DNA from: an uncultured Candidatus Saccharibacteria bacterium | Lineage (GTDB): Bacteria > Patescibacteriota > Minisyncoccia > Phycocordibacterales > DATGWK01 | Direction of reading: 5' to 3' | DNA: 64,000 nucleotides | Assembly: GCA_964428845.1 (NCBI GenBank) | Contig: CAYRZH010000001.1 | Span: 138,990-202,989 of the forward strand | Shown here: positions 27,558 to 35,672 of the stretch, in pieces | Layout: every line of letters begins with the position of its first letter | How positions within the stretch are numbered: the stretch's first letter is position 1 | The notes under the pieces: generated by a model | Databases searched by the model: none | What the model was told of the DNA's origin: nothing | The model's input: only the letters and a program-made list of their open reading frames with translations | Program-made: the position numbers and the translations under genes

Positions 27558-30500
27558 ATGATCCAGGCTCTGTACCGCAGGATCAATAGTGGCCTGGAGT
27601 TTGGTTTCTATGTTGAAACCACAGGCCCACTATCAGATCAAGAGTTAGCCAAACTACACTGGCTGGTCGCAGAAACATTCGAACCCGATAGCACGAGGTT
27701 CGAACCTCATTTCGCAGCGGGAGATGTTGTTGAAATCGGATCCAGGCTATCCATTGAAACCCCGTTCTCGTCGAATGCAGTAGCTATCTGTCGGGCGATA
27801 GGACTCGCGTCAGTTACGCGTCTCGAGCGTACACGTCGATATCTTGTTGGCGACAGTACACCATCTGACATTTTCAGAAAACACCTTGATCGGATGACGG
27901 AACAACACTACCCAGATGGGATTAAGAGTTTTGACACTGGCGTTGTGCCCGATGATGTCAAAATCGTGGATCTCAATGGCGGTGGGGAAGATGCCCTTCG
28001 TGAAGTCAACAAGACTCTCGGTCTTGGTATGGACGAATGGGACATTGGCTACTACCACAATCTTTTTGTTCGAGTTCTTCACAGGAATCCGAGTGATGTC
28101 GAACTCCTCCAGCTTGGGAATGCCAACAGCGAGCACAGCAGGCACTGGTTCTTCAAGGGCCATCTCGTCATTGATGGGACGCCTATAGGGAACACTCTGC
28201 TTGATATTGTCCAACGCCCGCTTCAAATGCTGGGAGATGACAATGGCAGTCTCGTGGCTTTCAGGGATAATGCCGGAGTAATCAGAGGATTCACAACAAA
28301 TGCAATCCTCCCCGTTGCTCCGGGACGAGTTTCAGAACTCGGAGTATACGCGGTAACTATTCACAGCACCTGCACGGCAGAAACCCACAATCATCCAACA
28401 TCTGTTGCACCTTTCCCCGGTGCCCAAACGGGCAGTGGGGGGCGGATACGTGACAACAGTGCGGTTGGGCGTGGAGGAGTTACCGGTTTTGGGATAGCGG
28501 GATATTTTGTCGGGAACCTCTTTATTCCTGATTATGAGATACCGGGTGAGGTTGTCGGCAGAAATAGGCCGTCGAAGTACGCTTCACCACTAGACATTCT
28601 CATCGGTGGCAGTAACGGCATATCGACCTATGGCAATGAATTTGGCGAACCGCTGACTATGGGCTTCACACGAAGCTTCGGGCAGATTGTCGGAGATGAA
28701 TGGAGGGAGCCAAGGAAGCCAGTTCTCTACAGCGCTGGTGTTGGTCACTTGTTTGAAGAGAACCTGTCGAAAGAAGAACCAGAAATAGGGATGCTCATCG
28801 TGCGAATCGGCGGCCCAGCTTACCCTATCGGGGTTGGCGGAGGGAGTGCCTCGAGCATGATGCAGGGCCAGAATTCTGAACAGCTTGATTTTAATTCCGT
28901 CCAGCGGGGTAATCCCGAGATGGAAAATCGAGCCAATCGTGTCATTCGGGCCTGTGTTGAGATGGGAGAAGATAATCCTATTTCAAGCATCCATGACCAA
29001 GGTGCCGGTGGACCAAGCAATGTTCTGACAGAGCTTATGGCACCGGAAGGCGGTCCTGTCGATATTCGAAAGATCACCCTCGGTGATAAGACAATGTCAG
29101 TCCTTCAGATCTGGAGCGCTGAATTTCAGGAAGGGTACGGACTTCTGGTCCGGCCTGACGGAATCGAAGCTTTCCAGTCAATCTGTCGGCGTGAACGGGT
29201 GAACTGCGAAGTCCTTGGAAAAATCACTGGAAACGAAAGTGTTGTCGTTTGGGACTCTACGAACGGTCAGATACTCGTCGATCTCAAGCTAGATCATATT
29301 CTTACTGGGATGCCCCAGAAGAAGTTTGAGTCTTCTAGCAGATCACAGATCTTCAGTCCCCTGGTTCTGCCAGATATGACTGTGGGTCAGGCAATCGAAA
29401 AAGTTTTCAGACTTCCTAGCGTTGGTTCGAAGGCATTCCTAGTTCACAAGGTCGATCGACATGTCACGGGTTTGGTTGCCCAGCAACAATGTTGCGGCAT
29501 TGCCCAGATTCCGATCGCCGATGTGAGCGTAGGAGCACAGAGCCATTTTGGCCTGACGGGAAGTGCTGCGGCAATAGGTGAACAGCCGATCAAAATGCTC
29601 ATAGATCCGATGGTTGGAGCACGCATGGCCGTAGCAGAAATGCTTACGAACATGGCTTCAGTCAGAGTGAGCGGCATCGGAAGAATCCGCTGTCGCGCCA
29701 ACTGGATGTGGCCCGCGAAGATGCCTCACGAAGGAGCTCTCCTTCACTCTGCCGCGACTGCCATGTCCGATCTCATGGTCGAACTTGGTATCGCGGTGGA
29801 TGGTGGCAAGGACAGTCTTTCGATGGTGGCAACTGTTCCGGGGGGATCGGGAAAGCCAGGAGAGCTTGTAAAGTCTCCTGGAAGTCTCGTAATTCTCGGA
29901 TATGCGCCTGTGCCAGATATTACGAAGAAGGTTACACCGGATATCAAGAAACCCGGTGCGAGCCTGCTCGTGTTGATCGACCTAGGTCAAGGTAAAAACC
30001 GTCTTGGCGGTTCGGCTCTGGCTCAAGCACACAACCAACTTGGAAATGAGTCACCTGATGTCGATGATCCGAGACTGCTTAGGAACGCGTTTCTCGCAGT
30101 CCAAAAGATGATCGACAAAGGACTTCTTCTCGCTCTACACGATCGAAGCGATGGTGGCCTCATAACCACGGTCGCCGAGATGTGCATGGCAAGCCGATGT
30201 GGTTTTGATCTCGAAGTCAAGAATGCCCAAGGAGCCTTGGCCCAACTTTTCTCTGAAGAGCTTGGCTTTGTGATCGAGGTGGGGGTCGAAAACGCAAATC
30301 AGGTCCAAGAGATCTGTGATTCGTTTGGAATTCCATTCTCGATCATCGGGATGACCACCCCGAGAAGTCGTTGTCGTGTTTGTGTTGGATCCGAAGTTCT
30401 TTGGAGATCGACGATCTACAAACTTCGCACTCTCTGGGAAGCGACAAGCACCAGGATTGAGGCGCTACAGATGAACCCCGAGTGTGCTGGGGAAGAGTCT

Positions 30501-31415
30501 CGTGGTCACTGGACCACCCTCCCTGGTATTACTTTGGCACCGTCTTACCTCCTGTCCTTTGTTCCAAGAGAAACACGCCCTGAAATCCTCGATGCTCCCA
30601 AAGAGCCTCGTGTAGCAATACTACGAGAGGAAGGGACAAATGGAGATCGGGAAATGGCCGCCGCATGTGCGGCTGCAGGTCTTGTCCCATGGGATGTCAC
30701 CATGAGTGATCTTCTTTCAGGCGAAATCGACCTGGATCATTTTCAAGGTGTTATTTTCCCCGGGGGCTTCTCCTACATGGATGTTTTCGATAGTGCTAAG
30801 GGTTGGGCAGGAACAATTCTTTTTAACGCAAAGTTGAGAGAAATGTTCGACCGTTTCTACACTCGTGATGACACGTTCTCACTTGGTGTATGTAATGGTT
30901 GCCAGCTCATGACTCTTTTGGGATGGGTCCCATGGAGGGGGATCGAAAGCGCAAAACAACCGAGGTTTGTTCACAACACTTCGGGTCGGTTCGAATCTCG
31001 ATGGACGCAGGTAGAAGTGCTACCGAGCCCGTCGGTGCTTCTTGCTGGCATGGCGGGTTCGAAGATCGGTGTGTGGGTGGCTCACGGCGAAGGACGGCTA
31101 GTCTACCCAGATCAATCAATTCAAACACAGGTCATCGAGCGTGAGCTCGCACCACTTGCGTTTCTCGATCCGTTTGGCTGTAGGACAGAAGAGTATCCGT
31201 ACAATCCGAATGGTTCGCCAGGCGGGATTACGGCACTCTGTTCTGTTGATGGTCGGCATTTGGCTCTGATGCCTCATCCCGAACGCTGCTTCCGTTTGTG
31301 GCAGTGGCCGTGGGTGCCGCCCTCGTTGGGGACTCTCGAAGCTTCTCCTTGGCTTCGGATGTTCCAGAATGCTCGGGCGTGGTGCATGAAACAACGATCT
31401 CGAGTTCTGTTTTGA
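27558..31415 (+). CDS. purL: phosphoribosylformylglycinamidine (FGAM) synthase, single-chain large type
   Basis: 1285 aa. N-terminal PurS-like region, AIR-synthase-like repeats, and a C-terminal class I glutamine amidotransferase (GVCNGCQLM, HGEGR). Markedly GC-rich. Confidence 0.9.
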   Translation: MIQALYRRINSGLEFGFYVETTGPLSDQELAKLHWLVAETFEPDSTRFEPHFAAGDVVEIGSRLSIETPFSSNAVAICRAIGLASVTRLERTRRYLVGDSTPSDIFRKHLDRMTEQHYPDGIKSFDTGVVPDDVKIVDLNGGGEDALREVNKTLGLGMDEWDIGYYHNLFVRVLHRNPSDVELLQLGNANSEHSRHWFFKGHLVIDGTPIGNTLLDIVQRPLQMLGDDNGSLVAFRDNAGVIRGFTTNAILPVAPGRVSELGVYAVTIHSTCTAETHNHPTSVAPFPGAQTGSGGRIRDNSAVGRGGVTGFGIAGYFVGNLFIPDYEIPGEVVGRNRPSKYASPLDILIGGSNGISTYGNEFGEPLTMGFTRSFGQIVGDEWREPRKPVLYSAGVGHLFEENLSKEEPEIGMLIVRIGGPAYPIGVGGGSASSMMQGQNSEQLDFNSVQRGNPEMENRANRVIRACVEMGEDNPISSIHDQGAGGPSNVLTELMAPEGGPVDIRKITLGDKTMSVLQIWSAEFQEGYGLLVRPDGIEAFQSICRRERVNCEVLGKITGNESVVVWDSTNGQILVDLKLDHILTGMPQKKFESSSRSQIFSPLVLPDMTVGQAIEKVFRLPSVGSKAFLVHKVDRHVTGLVAQQQCCGIAQIPIADVSVGAQSHFGLTGSAAAIGEQPIKMLIDPMVGARMAVAEMLTNMASVRVSGIGRIRCRANWMWPAKMPHEGALLHSAATAMSDLMVELGIAVDGGKDSLSMVATVPGGSGKPGELVKSPGSLVILGYAPVPDITKKVTPDIKKPGASLLVLIDLGQGKNRLGGSALAQAHNQLGNESPDVDDPRLLRNAFLAVQKMIDKGLLLALHDRSDGGLITTVAEMCMASRCGFDLEVKNAQGALAQLFSEELGFVIEVGVENANQVQEICDSFGIPFSIIGMTTPRSRCRVCVGSEVLWRSTIYKLRTLWEATSTRIEALQMNPECAGEESRGHWTTLPGITLAPSYLLSFVPRETRPEILDAPKEPRVAILREEGTNGDREMAAACAAAGLVPWDVTMSDLLSGEIDLDHFQGVIFPGGFSYMDVFDSAKGWAGTILFNAKLREMFDRFYTRDDTFSLGVCNGCQLMTLLGWVPWRGIESAKQPRFVHNTSGRFESRWTQVEVLPSPSVLLAGMAGSKIGVWVAHGEGRLVYPDQSIQTQVIERELAPLAFLDPFGCRTEEYPYNPNGSPGGITALCSVDGRHLALMPHPERCFRLWQWPWVPPSLGTLEASPWLRMFQNARAWCMKQRSRVLF

Positions 31416-31470
31416 AAGCAAACCGACCCCTTGCGCTGGTGCGCGAGGGGTCTTTATTTGTTTTTAAATT

Positions 31471-32772
31471 GTGTTTTCCTATAAGCGTTTTTGTGGTATT
31501 AATATGCCAGTCTCTCTGTTGAGAGGAAACCTAATCCGCTGGTTAAGCGGAATGTTCTTTGAGGAGATAAAAATGAGATCTGGTGCTGTGCTTTTGAGAA
31601 GGAAAGTGTGCCATATCCTAGGCGATGCTGGTATTACCGTCGGTGGTTCTGATCCTTGGGATGTCCAGGTACACGACGAGAGATTCTTCAGGCAGGTCGC
31701 CTTCGGTGGTCTACTTGGTCTTGGTGATGCGTACGTGAACGGTCTCTGGGATTGTGTTGCCCTCGACCAGTTTTTTGATCGAGCTCTTCGCGCTGGCCTC
31801 CTGGATTGGACAAGGTGGGCGCCGTCGGCGGTCTTGGACCGAGCCAAGCATCGACTTCTGGACATGCAGAATCCTGCTCGGGCTCGACGTAACAGCGGTT
31901 TCCATTACGATCTAAGCAATACTCTGTTCGAGTACATGCTTGGCCAATACATGCAGTACACCTGTGCGTACTGGTTGGAAGACACAAGGGATCTCGAGGT
32001 TGCGCAACGAATCAAGCTCCAGATGGTCTGTGACAAGCTTGATCTCCGGCCTGGCATGAGAGTGCTTGATATGGGCTGTGGTTGGGGCGGGCTCGCAGCA
32101 TTCATGGTGGAGCATTATGACGTGCAAGTTGTCGGGATCAATCTGTCAGAGGCCCAGATCAATTTTGCCAGAGGGAGGTTCGGGCATTCCGGAGATGTCA
32201 CCTTCGAGTACTGCGACTACAGAGACGCCGCTCACTGGGGCAAGTTCGACCGTGTCGTCGCGGTTGGGCTGGGGGAGCATGTTGGTGCAAGACACTACCG
32301 GACGTGGATGAAGGTCATCGAGTGCTGTCTGAAGCCTGACGGCCTCGCTCTTCTCCATATGTTCGGCCGGCACGACACGGGGGTTCCACTTCTTGATCCC
32401 TGGACCAGGCGCTATGTATTCCCTGGTGCCGAACTTCCCACTCTGGAGCAGCTTACGCGCGCCGCGAGGGGAAGGTTCAGGGTCGCTGACGTCCATGAGT
32501 TTGGTTCTCATTACGACCCAACTCTCATGGGTTGGCATAGAAACTTCATCCAGAATTGGGATAAGATTTCCCCATCGCTCGATCTCCAGAGATTTTCCTA
32601 TCGTGGTTGGAGCTACTACCTGCTATCCGCTGCTGGGGCATTCCGTGCTGGAGTCATCCCTCTGCGGCAGATAGTACTTCTTGGGCCAAAGGCTAAGCCC
32701 TATACCTCCGTCCGTCCTGGAACGCGGCGGCAGGTGCCGGCTGCGGTTGAAGCGCATCGTGTGGGAGTCTGA
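31471..32772 (+). CDS. cfa: cyclopropane-fatty-acyl-phospholipid synthase family SAM methyltransferase
   Basis: VLDMGCGWGGLAAFMVEHYDVQVVGINLS SAM motif I and the CFA synthase family architecture. The true start may be an internal Met (~31573). Confidence 0.75.
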   Translation: MFSYKRFCGINMPVSLLRGNLIRWLSGMFFEEIKMRSGAVLLRRKVCHILGDAGITVGGSDPWDVQVHDERFFRQVAFGGLLGLGDAYVNGLWDCVALDQFFDRALRAGLLDWTRWAPSAVLDRAKHRLLDMQNPARARRNSGFHYDLSNTLFEYMLGQYMQYTCAYWLEDTRDLEVAQRIKLQMVCDKLDLRPGMRVLDMGCGWGGLAAFMVEHYDVQVVGINLSEAQINFARGRFGHSGDVTFEYCDYRDAAHWGKFDRVVAVGLGEHVGARHYRTWMKVIECCLKPDGLALLHMFGRHDTGVPLLDPWTRRYVFPGAELPTLEQLTRAARGRFRVADVHEFGSHYDPTLMGWHRNFIQNWDKISPSLDLQRFSYRGWSYYLLSAAGAFRAGVIPLRQIVLLGPKAKPYTSVRPGTRRQVPAAVEAHRVGV

Positions 32773-32801
32773 TTTATCTCTGTGTTGGTTTGCCTTATAG
32801 A

Positions 32802-32823
32802 CACCACCCGAAGATGGGTGGTG
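32802..32823 (+). terminator. rho-independent terminator (caccaccc-gaagat-gggtggtg + T-run)
   Basis: 8-bp perfect stem followed by tttttctttt. The T-run is part of the 33-bp direct repeat. Confidence 0.55.
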
Positions 32824-32855
32824 TTTTTCTTTTGGTAAGAAAATATTTAATGCGG
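32823..32855. repeat. 33-bp perfect direct repeat copy 1 (gtttttcttttggtaagaaaatatttaatgcgg)
   Basis: Identical to 34441-34473. Followed by a 27-codon micro-ORF (32935-33018) MYKAHPEWFEVPHPKSF... Confidence 0.6.
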
Positions 32856-33028
32856 AGGAGGTGTCCCGAAATTCGAACCGAAAATACGGCCTGATTTCGG
32901 GACGCTTGATAAAAGAATACAGGAATTGAGGGCTATGTATAAAGCTCACCCGGAGTGGTTTGAGGTGCCGCACCCTAAGTCTTTTAAAGTTAAAAACGAG
33001 GTCGATTACTCGATCTAGTTCCCAATAG

Positions 33029-33853
33029 CTATTTGGCACTAGAGGCTTTCCAGAGAGTATCGAAGTTTTTCTTAAAGTTGTCTGCCAAATGTTTATTCGT
33101 AATTTGTATGCCGACGAGATTATTTTTCTCCATCGACAGAATAGCGATTGTGTCTCCAATGATATATAGGGCAAATTGATGTATGGCGTTCTCGGCTGGC
33201 AGGAATTTGTACTTGAATGCTTTTTGAGATGCATAATATTTACCCTTACTTTTTTCGAGCTTTGAAAAATTAACGAGCAGCTTTGTTTGCATGTTCTTCT
33301 CGACGGCCCAACGTCTTACCAGGTCGCTCCATTCTTGTTTAAAGGAAAACTCCCATTCAGACTGCCAGATAAACTCGTCTCGCAAAAGATATCGGGTTGA
33401 ATTCTTAGGAGCCTGGCGCATCATTGAAAGATAAATCTTCTTGAGACCTTCCTGGCCTTCGAAGAATATAATTTGTGGTATTTGTATATCGGAACGCCCA
33501 AAGAATTGGGCGGCATCTTTGAGCGACTCAACCAACTTGAACTTCTTATCTAGAGTCTCTTTCTCTTTCTTTAGTAATTGTTCGAGGGCGCTTTGATCCT
33601 GGGCAATAAACTGCTTCACGTCATTTTTATAAGTGGTGCCCACTAGTCCCTTGCTGATGAGGGTACTCAAGGTCGTATAAACACTGCTACGCGAAAGGCT
33701 ACATTTCTTGGCAATGAAAGTGGCACTTGCTGGGGAAGTAGCCAGGAGAGTCCCATATACAAGAGCCTCATATTCTCCTAAACCCAGGCCCTTTAATTGT
33801 TCGGTTAGCTGTTCCATAAGAGTGTTGTCGGAAGTGTACGACATATTGAACAA
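33029..33853 (-). CDS. TrmB-family transcriptional regulator
   Basis: N-terminal winged HTH (EYEALVYGTLLATSPASATFIAKKCSLSRSSVYTTLSTLISKGLV) plus a C-terminal sensor-like domain. Confidence 0.55.
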   Translation of the reverse strand: MFNMSYTSDNTLMEQLTEQLKGLGLGEYEALVYGTLLATSPASATFIAKKCSLSRSSVYTTLSTLISKGLVGTTYKNDVKQFIAQDQSALEQLLKKEKETLDKKFKLVESLKDAAQFFGRSDIQIPQIIFFEGQEGLKKIYLSMMRQAPKNSTRYLLRDEFIWQSEWEFSFKQEWSDLVRRWAVEKNMQTKLLVNFSKLEKSKGKYYASQKAFKYKFLPAENAIHQFALYIIGDTIAILSMEKNNLVGIQITNKHLADNFKKNFDTLWKASSAK

Positions 33854-33910
33854 AGATTCAAGAAAGCAGACACTTATAACAGACCTAGAACATTAACAAG
33901 GAGAAACGTC

Positions 33911-34402
33911 ATGTTAGATCTTTTACACAAAGCTGAACTCGCACTCCCGACCCTGCTTCGCGACGAAGCGAAATGGAAAAGCATATTCGTCGACTATCAT
34001 GCACCGTTCGTAGAACGCCTGTGGTGTGGGTGGCACGAAATCCGCATCTATCTCCACCGGATTCATTCGTGCGGTGTTGGAGAAGCCCTCTTCCATCCTC
34101 ACCCATGGCCTTCAGCGATGAAAGTATTGGAGGGTGGCTACGAAATGGCTATCGGGTATGGTAAAGGCGAAACCGAACCTCCGGTAGCTGCACGCTTGAT
34201 ACTTGGAGCTGGATCAGAGTACGAGATGACCGATCCTGATGGGTGGCACTATGTACGTCCGCTCAATACTCCGAGCATCTCACTAATGGTGACTGGTAAA
34301 CCGTGGGCGAGAATTTCGCCGAAAAGCGACAAGCCTCTCTCGGAACTTGCACCAGAAAAGAGACGAGAAATTCTCAAGTTCTTCCAGGCGCGCTATAGGT
34401 AA
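33911..34402 (+). CDS. hypothetical protein (possible cupin fold)
   Basis: Contains HPHPWPSAMKVLEG. GC-rich. No confident family. Confidence 0.25.
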   Translation: MLDLLHKAELALPTLLRDEAKWKSIFVDYHAPFVERLWCGWHEIRIYLHRIHSCGVGEALFHPHPWPSAMKVLEGGYEMAIGYGKGETEPPVAARLILGAGSEYEMTDPDGWHYVRPLNTPSISLMVTGKPWARISPKSDKPLSELAPEKRREILKFFQARYR

Positions 34403-34440
34403 GGCGTCAAATCATTACTCTCGCATGGCGACATGTGGGA

Positions 34441-34473
34441 GTTTTTCTTTTGGTAAGAAAATATTTAATGCGG
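34441..34473. repeat. 33-bp perfect direct repeat copy 2
   Basis: Identical to 32823-32855. Followed by a 22-codon micro-ORF (34556-34624) MRRIHKENPAYFDVPAFAQKVY, paralogous to the first micro-ORF and bracketed by the inverted repeat ggaaaatcctgcct/aggcaggatttcc. Confidence 0.6.
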
Positions 34474-34650
34474 TGACGATTGGCGGAACTTTGAACCGAT
34501 TTCACGGCCTAGAACAACAGTTTCCTTCAATCGTATAGGTAGAATTGTAAAGGAAATGCGCCGAATTCACAAGGAAAATCCTGCCTATTTTGACGTTCCG
34601 GCTTTCGCCCAGAAGGTCTACTAAGGCAGGATTTCCGCAAGCTTTAGCGA

Positions 34651-34866
34651 TTATTCCTGTCCTCTGGCAATGTCGTTCTCGATCAATTTCTGCTCTTTTA
34701 GGTATCTGGAGACCGAATACCACGCCGCATTGATCACCGGGATCAGTAACGCCCATCGAGGGTCGTTCTGAGCGTAAGCGATCAGTATCGGCAGGATTGC
34801 AGACACTGCGGAGTAAAAGAACACGACTACAAGGTGCTTTAAGGCTTCTTTTGTTGGTGTTGTCAT
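34651..34866 (-). CDS. holin-like small membrane protein (2 TM)
   Basis: 71 aa with two hydrophobic helices and a charged C-terminus, directly downstream of the amidase. Confidence 0.35.
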   Translation of the reverse strand: MTTPTKEALKHLVVVFFYSAVSAILPILIAYAQNDPRWALLIPVINAAWYSVSRYLKEQKLIENDIARGQE

Positions 34867-34871
34867 AGTGG

Positions 34872-35438
34872 TTAAAATGCTCGCTTAATAATTGCCAATC
34901 CCTCCTCGATTTTCCTCACACCGTCCTCGACGGACAGATTGGTTGTTTGTTGGCCGGCAAGCGCGACTAGCTCGTCGATGATCGCTTTGTTACTTGCCGG
35001 GCAGTTTGGTTTCTTTGAGAAAATCTCAAAGTGGCCAACGATGTGATTCCGGTCGATTGGAATCTGCCATCGCTGGCAAATCTCTCGGATCAGGTTTGCA
35101 CTTACTCTTTTCATTTCCTCTGTCCATTGGTCATTAGGCCTTCCCTCATGCTCAATCCCGATCGTGTATAGGTTCGGGTTTAGGTTCGGTCTTATAAGTT
35201 TCCAGACCGGTGCATCGACACGGCCAGCGTGCCACGCGGTATCATTTTCTTGCACGTATTGGTGGACTTCGCCGCTCTTTCCGATTCCGTAGTGTGCGCT
35301 TACTTGCGAAGTGTGGTTTGCAAACCACGAGTCAGTGCCGGCTAGTGTTCCATCCATGATGTGGATGACAATTGCTTCAGGACGGTAACCTTTGCGACCG
35401 ACCCAGAAGTTTGGTGATTTCTTTTGGATGATTTCCAT
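34872..35438 (-). CDS. N-acetylmuramoyl-L-alanine amidase (Amidase_2/PGRP family; phage endolysin-like)
   Basis: IVIHIMDGTL...SAHYGIG...TAWHAG...TIGIEHEG matches the zinc amidase (T7 lysozyme/PGRP) signature. Confidence 0.8.
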   Translation of the reverse strand: MEIIQKKSPNFWVGRKGYRPEAIVIHIMDGTLAGTDSWFANHTSQVSAHYGIGKSGEVHQYVQENDTAWHAGRVDAPVWKLIRPNLNPNLYTIGIEHEGRPNDQWTEEMKRVSANLIREICQRWQIPIDRNHIVGHFEIFSKKPNCPASNKAIIDELVALAGQQTTNLSVEDGVRKIEEGLAIIKRAF

Positions 35439-35442
35439 AAGT

Positions 35443-35667
35443 TTATTTGTTGATGGTTAGTAGTAAGTTAATAATTGCTGTGATCAGACCTCCCACTGAC
35501 GCCGTAGCAATGATCCAGAAAAATCGTTTGAGCCAGTCAACGTCGGTTCCTACTTTCGCTAGATCGGCCAGCATATGTGTCAGGTGATTATCCTTAATTT
35601 CGTTTACGGTCTTTTCGACTCGATCAAGTCGTTCGTCCTGCAATTTGTTTTGGTAGTCATTTTCCAT
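35443..35667 (-). CDS. holin-like protein (coiled N-terminus + single C-terminal TM)
   Basis: 74 aa with a C-terminal hydrophobic helix WIIATASVGGLITAIINLLL, immediately upstream of the amidase. Confidence 0.4.
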   Translation of the reverse strand: MENDYQNKLQDERLDRVEKTVNEIKDNHLTHMLADLAKVGTDVDWLKRFFWIIATASVGGLITAIINLLLTINK

Positions 35668-35672
35668 GTGCG

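Larger units (their letters stand above)
27558..32772 (+). other. GC-rich island (purL + cfa) contrasting with flanking sequence
   Basis: Visibly higher G+C and codon third-position GC than the surrounding housekeeping genes and the AT-rich metal island. Confidence 0.5.

Noticed and set aside
27810-31421. Numerous antisense or alternative-frame ORFs inside purL (e.g. 27810-28226(-), 29708-29995(+), 31116-31421(-))
   Set aside because: High GC suppresses stop codons in all frames. purL is a continuous, well-supported 1285-aa frame.
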